DNA from: Afifellaceae bacterium
GTDB taxonomy: Bacteria; Pseudomonadota; Alphaproteobacteria; Rhizobiales; Afifellaceae
Length of the DNA: 64,000 bases
Assembly: GCA_028281235.1 (NCBI GenBank)
Contig: JANQKG010000024.1
Span: 64,569 to 128,568, forward strand
Reading direction: 5' to 3'
Shown: piece after piece, positions 29,263 to 37,284 of the stretch
How positions within the stretch are numbered: position 1 is the first letter of the stretch
Layout of the letters: the number at the start of each line of letters is the position of its first letter
Notes under the pieces: generated by a model
Database searches by the model: none
Told to the model about the DNA's origin: nothing
The model's input: only the letters and a program-made list of their open reading frames with translations
Position numbers and translations under genes: made by a program

Positions 29263-31644
29263 GTGTTCGTGTCGGGCGACAATGAGATCGGCGCATCGGG
29301 CGCGCAATCGGCGCACCCGCCCCGCAAACTGCACAATCTGGCTTTCGGCATTGAGCGCATCGGGCTGATCTCCCTACAGGCGCCGCTCGTCAGCTTTCTC
29401 ATCCTTGTCGCCATGGCCATCGCCGCAGCCTTCGGTGTGGCGCGCATTGAGGTGGACGATTCGCTGAGCCAGCTCTTCCGGTCCGATACGGAAGAGTTCC
29501 GCCAGTTCGAGGAGGTCACCAAGCGCTTCCCCTCCAGCGAGTTTGACGTGCTCATCGTGGTGGAGGGCGAGCGCCTGATGGCGCGCGATACGATTGAGGG
29601 CTTGCGCGATCTGGTCACTGATCTGCAGCTCATCGACGGGCCGCGCGGCATCATCTCCATGTTCTCCGCGCGCACGCCGCCGGAATCGGGGCGCATCCCC
29701 GGCCCGCTCTTCCCCGAGCATCTGCCGGAGGGCGAAGAATACGATGCGCTGATTGAGGACGTGCTGGCCAACGAGATTCTCCGCGGCAAGCTCCTGTCGG
29801 AGGACGGCGAGCTCTCGCTGGTCGTGCTGGCGCTTGAGCCGGCCATTGTCGGCACACCGCAGCTCAACGACGTGGTGGCGGAGATCCACGAGACCATCGC
29901 CTTCAATCTCGGCGGCACGGGCGTCTCGGCACAGCTTGCCGGCGTGCCGATCATGCAGCTTGAGATCCGCAACGCCGTGGAGCGCGATCGGCTGATCTAC
30001 AACGCCTTCGGCTTTGCCGCCGGCTGCCTGATCGCCATCATCTTCTTCCGCCGTATCTCCTTCATGATCATTGCGGCGGCCCCGCCGCTGATCGCCATCC
30101 TCCTAGCGCTCGGCGCGCTCGGCTGGTTCGGCTTCCAGCTCAACATGTTCCTCAACGTGATGACGCCGCTCATCATGGTGATCAGCTTCGCCGATTCCAT
30201 GCAGCTAACATTTGCCGCACGCGACCGATTATTGGCGGGCGAAGGCAAGTACGAGGCGTTCCGCAATGCCGTCCTTGTGGTCGGCCCGGCCTGCGTGCTG
30301 ACGCATTGCACGGCGGGGCTCTCCTTCATTGCGCTGCAGTTTTCCAACTCCGACCTTATCCGCACGTTCGGCGAGGCGGGACTGACGGCGACAATCATTG
30401 CCTTGCTCGGCGTGCTGATGCTGGTGCCGCTGCTTGGCGTGCTTTTAATCCGCAACGAGAAGAGCTTCGCCGCCAAGGTGCGAGTGTCGGACACCGGCGT
30501 GAACCTTCTGCGCCGCTTCTGCGGTTGGATCGCGCGGATGATGGTGACCCGGCCGGGCCTCTATACGCTTCTCAGCGTGCTGCTCGTGGGCGGCCTGACG
30601 GTGATCTATGCGACGCTGGAGCCGCGCTATCGGCTGGCCGATCAGGTGCCGGATCGCGAGCAGGCGGTGGAGGCCAGCGGCCGGCTCGACGCCAAGCTCA
30701 CCGGCGCCAACCCCATTGACATCCTTATCGAATTTCCTGCCGCGACCAACCTTTATGACGAAGCGACGCTCGACCTCATCGGCGCTGTCCACAGCGTGGT
30801 GGAAGAGCAAGCCGGCGTTGGCAATGTGTGGTCGCCGGAGACGCTGCGCCGCTGGCTGCGCGAGAAGATGGGCATCACCGACATTGCGGTGCTGAAGCAA
30901 TATGTCGACTTCCTGCCGGAGCACCTGACGCGCCGCTTTGTTTCCGCCGAGCAGGACGCCGTAGTGGTCTCCGGCCGCATACCCGATGTGGATGCCAGCG
31001 AGCTCTTGCCGGTGATTGAGGAGCTGGACGTGGCGCTCAATTCCGTGCGCGAGGCGCATCCCGGCTTCACCATCTCCGTCACGGGACTTTCGGCCATCGC
31101 TGCGCGCAACAGCGCCAGCATGATCGGCAAGCTGAACCAGGCGCTGACCGTAGAGATCATCTTCGTCTCCGCCTTTATCGGCCTCGCCTTCCGCTCGTTC
31201 ATCGTCATGCTGGCGGCCATCATGCCCGGCATCTTCCCTGTCGTGATGTCCGGCACGGTGCTGTGGCTCATGGGCGAAGGCCTGCAATTTGCCAGTGTGG
31301 TGGCGCTTGTCGTCTCGTTCGGGCTGGGCCTCAGCGCGACCATTCACTTCCTCAACCGCCTCAGGCTGGAGGACCACCCGGACGCCGACCCGGGTATCGG
31401 CGTGGAGCGCGCGACGGTACTCGTCGGGCCGGCGCTGATCCTCACCTCCGTCGTGCTGGCATGCGGGCTGGCGGTGACGGTGCTCTCAGACCTGCCGTCG
31501 CTGCGGCTCTTCGGCTGGCTCGCCGCCTTCGCCATGATCGCGGCGCTGGTGGCCGATCTCCTCATTCTCAGGCCAACGGCTATGTTCCTCTACCGGCTCG
31601 CCAGGCGGCGCACCTCAAAACCCTCACCGCAGGCGGCGGAGTAG
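29263..31644 (+). CDS. RND-superfamily / MMPL-type transporter
   Basis: 793 aa with two blocks of about six TM helices separated by large soluble loops. Duplicated sterol-sensing-like regions (MTPLIMVISFADSMQL... and GLGLSATIHFLNRL). GTG start; exact start uncertain. Confidence 0.8.
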   Translation: MFVSGDNEIGASGAQSAHPPRKLHNLAFGIERIGLISLQAPLVSFLILVAMAIAAAFGVARIEVDDSLSQLFRSDTEEFRQFEEVTKRFPSSEFDVLIVVEGERLMARDTIEGLRDLVTDLQLIDGPRGIISMFSARTPPESGRIPGPLFPEHLPEGEEYDALIEDVLANEILRGKLLSEDGELSLVVLALEPAIVGTPQLNDVVAEIHETIAFNLGGTGVSAQLAGVPIMQLEIRNAVERDRLIYNAFGFAAGCLIAIIFFRRISFMIIAAAPPLIAILLALGALGWFGFQLNMFLNVMTPLIMVISFADSMQLTFAARDRLLAGEGKYEAFRNAVLVVGPACVLTHCTAGLSFIALQFSNSDLIRTFGEAGLTATIIALLGVLMLVPLLGVLLIRNEKSFAAKVRVSDTGVNLLRRFCGWIARMMVTRPGLYTLLSVLLVGGLTVIYATLEPRYRLADQVPDREQAVEASGRLDAKLTGANPIDILIEFPAATNLYDEATLDLIGAVHSVVEEQAGVGNVWSPETLRRWLREKMGITDIAVLKQYVDFLPEHLTRRFVSAEQDAVVVSGRIPDVDASELLPVIEELDVALNSVREAHPGFTISVTGLSAIAARNSASMIGKLNQALTVEIIFVSAFIGLAFRSFIVMLAAIMPGIFPVVMSGTVLWLMGEGLQFASVVALVVSFGLGLSATIHFLNRLRLEDHPDADPGIGVERATVLVGPALILTSVVLACGLAVTVLSDLPSLRLFGWLAAFAMIAALVADLLILRPTAMFLYRLARRRTSKPSPQAAE

Positions 31645-31709
31645 CTCAAAGCACAGGCGAAAGTCAGAGGTCTTCAGAGAGCGGCGCGCCGTTGAAGCGG
31701 CGACCCGGC

Positions 31710-32228
31710 CTACCGCTTGGAAAGATTGACGCGGACCTCGCGCACGTCGAGGCCCGTCGGGCGCAGCGTCACCGTTTGCTGGCCGCCCTGCGTGACCACC
31801 TCCACCTCGACGGAAAGATTGGCTGACGTCGTGCTCACCTGCGCGGTGATCTTGTTGCGGCTGGCGCGGCCCATAAGCGAGCCGCTCAGGCCGTAGCTGC
31901 CCTCCCGCCAATAGCCGTTGATGACACCGGCGGCGACCCGATAGGTGATGTCGCTCGTGATTTTCAGCGGCGCGCCGCCGCTGGCGAAAGCGCAGACCAG
32001 GTCCTGCTTGATCTTGTTGCCGTCGTCGGTCACCTCATAGGTGGCCTTGCAGGTCATGCCCTCGCTCTGCCCGCCGGAATAGATGACCGACCCCTTGCCG
32101 CGCCAATCACCGTCCATCTGCGAAAAAAGCCCGGCAGCGGACGCGGCCGGGGCGGCAAAAAGGACGACGGCCGCGACACATGCGGCGACCGGCGCTGCGA
32201 AAAAACGCGCTTCCCAGAGCTTCGCCAT
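31710..32228 (-). CDS. Secreted hypothetical protein
   Basis: 172 aa. Signal peptide AAPVAACVAAVVLFAAPAASAA, then beta-rich sequence. No family recognised. Confidence 0.55.
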   Translation of the reverse strand: MAKLWEARFFAAPVAACVAAVVLFAAPAASAAGLFSQMDGDWRGKGSVIYSGGQSEGMTCKATYEVTDDGNKIKQDLVCAFASGGAPLKITSDITYRVAAGVINGYWREGSYGLSGSLMGRASRNKITAQVSTTSANLSVEVEVVTQGGQQTVTLRPTGLDVREVRVNLSKR

Positions 32229-32564
32229 TGACCATCCCCGTCTGCTTCACGCCGCCGCCATGCCCGGGCCGGCCGGCATATGATTGAACGTCGCGCCCTC
32301 GCGCTCCCCGCTCGCAGGAGCGGGCCCCGCAGCGCGTCTCGCCTCGCCGCGACACCGCCCTTTCGCGGTCGGCGACACGATAGCCGCATAGCCGCCCCTG
32401 GAGCAACACATGGCATCGTGAACGCCGGAAAGCCCGGTTTCCGGGGCGCGACAGAGGCCAGTCCGACGGCCGGGCACGGCTTCCTTGTGGACAGGTCCGC
32501 GGCGAGCTTATATAAACCGCGCGCTTTGTCGGGGCTGCCCTTTGTCCAGCGTCCGGGGAAGACA

Positions 32565-32640
<76 letters not shown>

Positions 32641-32750
32641 TTTCTCTCAATAAATTCAGTGTATTGTGCGGCCGGTTGATTTTTGAAGGCGGCCGAATTA
32701 CCCTTACACAATCGTTGCACAATTTCACACTTCAACGGCGGTCGTGGCGC

Positions 32751-33902
32751 ATGGCGGAGAAGCACACGATCCTTGGCGGCAAAATTCACGTCTACAAGCG
32801 GCCAGGCAGCCACGTCTGGCAGTGCTCGACCTACCTTGCCGGCAAGAACCGACGGGTTACGACGAAGGAAGAGAGCCTGAAGCGGGCGAAGGACTTCGCC
32901 GAGGATTGGTATCTAGGTCTCCGAGGCAAACAGAGCCGGGGCGAGGTCGTCGGAGAGAAAACGTTCGCGCAGGCGGCGGAAAAATTCACCGAGGAATACG
33001 AGGTGATGACCGGCGGCGAGCGCAACGCGAAATACGTCCAGGATCACCAAGCCCGACTGAGAAACCACCTCATTCCCTACTTCGGGAGGATGGGGCTGTC
33101 GCAGATCAAGACCGGCACGGTTCAGGAATACCGCATGCACAGACTCGATGGCGAGGACGACAGTCGCCGGCCATCTCGAAGCACGCTCCACCATGAGATC
33201 GTTACGTTGCGCCAGGTTCTGAAAACTGCGGCGCGTCATGGCTGGCTTGAGCATCTGCCAGACATATCGGAACCCTATCGGGCGTCAGCGAAGATCAGTC
33301 ATCGGGCGTGGTTTTCACCCGAGGAATATCGACAGCTCTACGGCGCGACGCGCGAGAACGTGAAGCAGTCCAAAGGCCGGCCGTGGCGATGGGCTGCTGA
33401 ACAGCTCCACGATTATGTGCTGTTCATGGCCAACACGGGCATTCGCCCCGACGAGGCGAATGGGCTTCAATACCGTGATGTTTCCATCGTTGACGACGAT
33501 GCGACCGGCGAGACAATTCTTGAGGTAGAGGTGCGCGGGAAGCGCGGCGTTGGCTTCTGCAAGAGCACGACTGGTGCCGTTCGGCCTTTCCAGCGGCTCA
33601 CGAAGCGAAACAAACCACAACCGAGCGACCTTGTCTTCCCCGCAAACCACAAACGGCAGTTCAACCGCCTACTCGACGAGCTTGGCCTGAAGCTCGATCG
33701 CGACGGCAATCGAAGGACGGCCTACAGCCTAAGGCACACATACATTTGCCTGCGCCTCATGGAGGGCGCGGACATCTATCAGATCGCCAAGAACTGCCGC
33801 ACGAGCGTTGAGATGATCGAGAAATACTACGCCTCCCATATCCGCACCAATCTCGATGCCGCGGCGATCAACGTGCGGCGGAAAGGCAAGAGCGCGGCTT
33901 AG
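32751..33902 (+). CDS. Tyrosine-type site-specific integrase
   Basis: MAEKHTILGGKIHVYKRPGSHVWQ... The catalytic region has ANTGIRPDEA, AYSLRHTYICLRL and VEMIEKYYASH. ORF 32280..33902 reads through the tRNA, so ATG 32751 is used. Confidence 0.9.
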   Translation: MAEKHTILGGKIHVYKRPGSHVWQCSTYLAGKNRRVTTKEESLKRAKDFAEDWYLGLRGKQSRGEVVGEKTFAQAAEKFTEEYEVMTGGERNAKYVQDHQARLRNHLIPYFGRMGLSQIKTGTVQEYRMHRLDGEDDSRRPSRSTLHHEIVTLRQVLKTAARHGWLEHLPDISEPYRASAKISHRAWFSPEEYRQLYGATRENVKQSKGRPWRWAAEQLHDYVLFMANTGIRPDEANGLQYRDVSIVDDDATGETILEVEVRGKRGVGFCKSTTGAVRPFQRLTKRNKPQPSDLVFPANHKRQFNRLLDELGLKLDRDGNRRTAYSLRHTYICLRLMEGADIYQIAKNCRTSVEMIEKYYASHIRTNLDAAAINVRRKGKSAA

Positions 33903-33995
33903 ATAACCGTCGATCGAATTAGTTATCCACTATTTGAAACACTGAGTTTTAGTAATCTGAGTATTATCCCCTGCGTATTATTATATAGAGTGATT

Positions 33996-34055
33996 TCGAC
34001 GGATCGACATCTGGGCTTCGCTCCGCCGACATCTAGATGTCGAAATATCGACATC
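33996..34055. repeat. CGACATC repeat cluster including a perfect 16-bp palindrome
   Basis: CGACATC at 34005-34011, 34027-34033 and 34049-34055, and inverted at 34036-34042. CGACATCTAGATGTCG (34027-34042) is a perfect palindrome. Confidence 0.8.
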
Positions 34056-34059
34056 AGGC

Positions 34060-34443
34060 CTACTTGTCCCCAGACGCCTTGCGCTTCTTCTGCACGACGA
34101 ATTTGATCTCGTAGATGTTGGTCTTCCCCTGCCCTCGTCGGATGATCTTGACCAACCCGGCCCGCTCCAGCTCCTTGATGAACTCGTTAACCCGCGGCCG
34201 GCTCATGCCGATCTGGCTGGCGAGGCGTTCCTGACCGGGGAAGCAGTTATTGTTGTGCCAAGCATATTGGAGGAACTTTGCATAGGTGACCTTGGCGCCG
34301 ATGCTGAGCTCGGGATTGTTGAGAATGAAGTTGGGAACCTGCGTGAAGCCGCCCAGCGCAACCGGGTCTTTGGTTGCTAGGCGGATGTTGTGCTCCCTAA
34401 GGACATCGCCAATGTGTTTCGGTGCTCCGTCGGCGTGATCCAT
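34060..34443 (-). CDS. Winged-helix DNA-binding protein (replication-initiator/regulator-like)
   Basis: GGFTQVPNFILNNPELSIGAKVTYAKFLQYAW...CFPGQERLASQIGMSRPRVNEFIKELERAGLV; 127 aa. Confidence 0.75.
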   Translation of the reverse strand: MDHADGAPKHIGDVLREHNIRLATKDPVALGGFTQVPNFILNNPELSIGAKVTYAKFLQYAWHNNNCFPGQERLASQIGMSRPRVNEFIKELERAGLVKIIRRGQGKTNIYEIKFVVQKKRKASGDK

Positions 34444-34461
34444 GCCGCCATTGTAGCGCGC

Positions 34462-35124
34462 TTACTCGTGGTGCACGGACGAGTTATCCCCTTCCCGGCC
34501 GCTTTGTCGGCCGCGCGGCGCTTGCAGCGATAGGATGTCCTGCAGCTTGCCGATGAGGAAATTCGTTTCGCGATCGCGTTCCAGCATGCCCGCGATCTGA
34601 TCGTCCTTGACGCGAATCTGCCGGTCTTTTTCCTCGATCTGGTTCTTGAGGAACCCGATCATCTCGTTGGAAGTTTCGTCGGTGCGCACAGGTAGGGACG
34701 GGTGCGAACCTGTAGGGACATGTTCAGCCGGCGAATTGTCAGGCAATTCGGTCTCCGCACCTGTCCGCACGTGTAGGGACAGGTCGGCACCTGTGCCTAC
34801 AGATTCGACCTCTTGATCCTCGGGCAGGGCTTCGGCCCTGCGTGCCTCGAGTTCCTTCTCCTGAGCAATTTTCACGTCGAGGGAAGTGCGTTCGATCAAC
34901 CACCGGAAGCCGTTTTCAGTGTCCTGATGGCGAACCTTCACTTCGCCTTGGCCGTCGGCCTTGCGGGCGAGCTGTGCCCAGCGGCGCACGGTCTTCTGCG
35001 TCCGGCTCAGACCGAGTTCCCGGCAATAGGCGACAGCCTCTTTGACCGTGAGCCATGGTGCGAACCCGTCCGGACCTGTGCGCACAGGTAGGGATGGGCT
35101 CGGAGCCTCGTTCTGGGTTTCCAT
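34462..35124 (-). CDS. HTH (excisionase/MerR-like) plus coiled-coil protein containing PVRTG peptide repeats
   Basis: The ORF runs to 35454. The likely start is METQNEAP at 35124. It has LTVKEAVAYCRELGLSRTQKTVRRWAQ and a C-terminal coiled coil. It lies 18 nt upstream of the wHTH gene. Confidence 0.6.
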   Translation of the reverse strand: METQNEAPSPSLPVRTGPDGFAPWLTVKEAVAYCRELGLSRTQKTVRRWAQLARKADGQGEVKVRHQDTENGFRWLIERTSLDVKIAQEKELEARRAEALPEDQEVESVGTGADLSLHVRTGAETELPDNSPAEHVPTGSHPSLPVRTDETSNEMIGFLKNQIEEKDRQIRVKDDQIAGMLERDRETNFLIGKLQDILSLQAPRGRQSGREGDNSSVHHE

Positions 35125-35476
35125 ATGCCCAATCGTACCACGGAGGGCCCGGAGTATGCAGAAGCGTGTGGAGGGCCAGAGCCCGCTAAAACTGATGTTG
35201 AGCTCAAATAGGAACGAGGCTGCCCGGGCAGCCTCTGTTGCTTGGTGGGGAAGTGCAAACACTTGACCTTCGCCCGGCGCGCCGCTTTCCCTGCACTGAG
35301 TGCTTTCCCTGCCGCACCTTGCGCCTACGGCTGGCGACATACTACCCTTGGTGTAGCGCCAGCAAGGGCGCCGCAAATGCCAGGAGGAAGTAGAGGATGG
35401 CGTTACAACAAAACGGCCATCGCTTTGCAACGCAAGCGAGCTCCAAACGCGCATTCATCCGCTCTGAGTCAGATCA

Positions 35477-37270
35477 ATGAGTTCCAGCTCCTTAAAGAAG
35501 ATTAAGGACCCAATCCACGGATACGTCTACTACTCCGCTCTTGAGGAGGCTTTTATGAGCCACCCCCTCCTCCTGCGGCTGCACCACGTGCGCCAAAACG
35601 GCGGCGCTTTCCTAACATACCCCAGCATGCGGGTTCATCGCTTCGAGCATTCCGTTGGAGCAATGCACATAGCCGGCCACCTTTTCTTGTTCGGCACGCG
35701 CTTTTCGCCGGACGCCGAGCTCCACGATGCGTACAAGTCAATCTTGGCAAAGATTTTTCCAGACCTATCCATCGACGATCTGCGTACCGCCATCCTCAAG
35801 GCTGACAACCAGCAACGCGAGACAGGCCTCTCAAGGCTTCAGACAGATGGCTTGTACCGACTCCATGACCTCATTGATATCGACGACGACGCGATTTTTG
35901 CGGAGTTGCTCTTCTTCCAGGCAGTCCGACTTGCAACGCTAATGCATGATATCGGCCATCCGCCATTCTCACATACGTTTGAGACCGCGTTGAAGCAGCT
36001 GGAAAAAGACCGATACCGAGATCACGAGACAGTTGGAATAGATTTGCTAAACTACTTAAGCCACGATCTAAAAAACTACACAGATGAAGTTATATATTAT
36101 CTTGGTCGCACCGTGATATCAATTGCAAAGGTAATATTTGATGGCGAGCACGAGCTCCATAAATACGTTCAGGGTCTTTCTGACATCGTCTCCAGCGATA
36201 TCGACGCCGACCGCCTCGATTATGTCAGGCGCGATGCATCGGCCGCCGGACTCACCACAAATGCCTATGATCTCGGTCGGCTGTACGATGCTGTAAAATT
36301 GATATCAAACCCCAGCGGAGCTGTTGAATTGCAATGGACCGCCGCTGCACTCAGCACGATAGAAGCTTTCTTTAGCGTCCGCTTTCATCTTTATCGCTGG
36401 GCGCTATGGCATCACCATGTTGTTCGGCAGAATATGGCGTTAATTCTGGTTACGAGGCTTCTTTGGTCGCTGTTGCGCAAGAACAATGAAACTCTTGGCC
36501 CATTACATCTAGACCTCATAGAGCTGGTCCGCATAAGCAGAAACCCCTCAAGGATAGGCGATTACTGGTATTTCACTGACTATTATTTACTTGATAATTA
36601 TGCTAAAATACTCAGCGCGCTAGATAAGGATGAGATGAAGTGGATTGGAAAAGACGAGAACTGGGGTGAACTGGCCGATCTTTATAAATTCTTGCGCACA
36701 TTCTTATATCGAGAAAAGAAGTGGCTTTCACCTTTTTGGAAACGGCCTGACGACTACGTGATTTTCTCTAACCAGGTTATAGAGCAAGAAAGTGACGATA
36801 GTGCTGTACAGTTTAACGATATGCTAGGCAAGGCGTATCAAAGATTGGTCGCCGAAGACGCAAATGAAGCAGAAGGGAGCCCAGAAGCAGCGGCTCATGG
36901 GGACAAATACGATGACTACCTCAGCTTCCGCTTTTGCGAGCGGTTGGAGCATGCAATCAACGCTTCGTTGAAGCCGCATGGCTGTAGGTGCCGAGCGTAT
37001 TATCTCGCGAAATTCAAGCCGGCCCCAACGAAGCTTCAGCTTCTCGGTCGAGACGACGAACCAATGGCGTTGGGCACGCTTTCGCCCTCGGTGGCAGCGT
37101 TGAGCGAGGCTTGGAGAGCGTTGCCGCACCTTTGGCTCTTTTTAGAGTACAAGGCTTTTGGGGACAACGGGGAAACACTAAACCCTGACGTTGTGCGCCA
37201 ACGTGTCAAGCCGGTAGGAGTCTACTCAGTTGTCGCCGAGTCGCTTCGAAACTGCCTACTAAACGGATAG
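35477..37270 (+). CDS. SAMHD1/dGTPase-type HD-domain (d)NTP triphosphohydrolase-like protein with a long C-terminal extension
   Basis: IKDPIHGYVYY...LLRLHHVRQNG...RVHRFEHSVG (His), LMHDIGHPPFSH (HD) and DADRLDYVRRD (Asp), in the order typical of COG1078/SAMHD1-like enzymes. 597 aa; AT-rich. Confidence 0.85.
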   Translation: MSSSSLKKIKDPIHGYVYYSALEEAFMSHPLLLRLHHVRQNGGAFLTYPSMRVHRFEHSVGAMHIAGHLFLFGTRFSPDAELHDAYKSILAKIFPDLSIDDLRTAILKADNQQRETGLSRLQTDGLYRLHDLIDIDDDAIFAELLFFQAVRLATLMHDIGHPPFSHTFETALKQLEKDRYRDHETVGIDLLNYLSHDLKNYTDEVIYYLGRTVISIAKVIFDGEHELHKYVQGLSDIVSSDIDADRLDYVRRDASAAGLTTNAYDLGRLYDAVKLISNPSGAVELQWTAAALSTIEAFFSVRFHLYRWALWHHHVVRQNMALILVTRLLWSLLRKNNETLGPLHLDLIELVRISRNPSRIGDYWYFTDYYLLDNYAKILSALDKDEMKWIGKDENWGELADLYKFLRTFLYREKKWLSPFWKRPDDYVIFSNQVIEQESDDSAVQFNDMLGKAYQRLVAEDANEAEGSPEAAAHGDKYDDYLSFRFCERLEHAINASLKPHGCRCRAYYLAKFKPAPTKLQLLGRDDEPMALGTLSPSVAALSEAWRALPHLWLFLEYKAFGDNGETLNPDVVRQRVKPVGVYSVVAESLRNCLLNG

Positions 37271-37284
37271 GCGAAATCCAAAAC

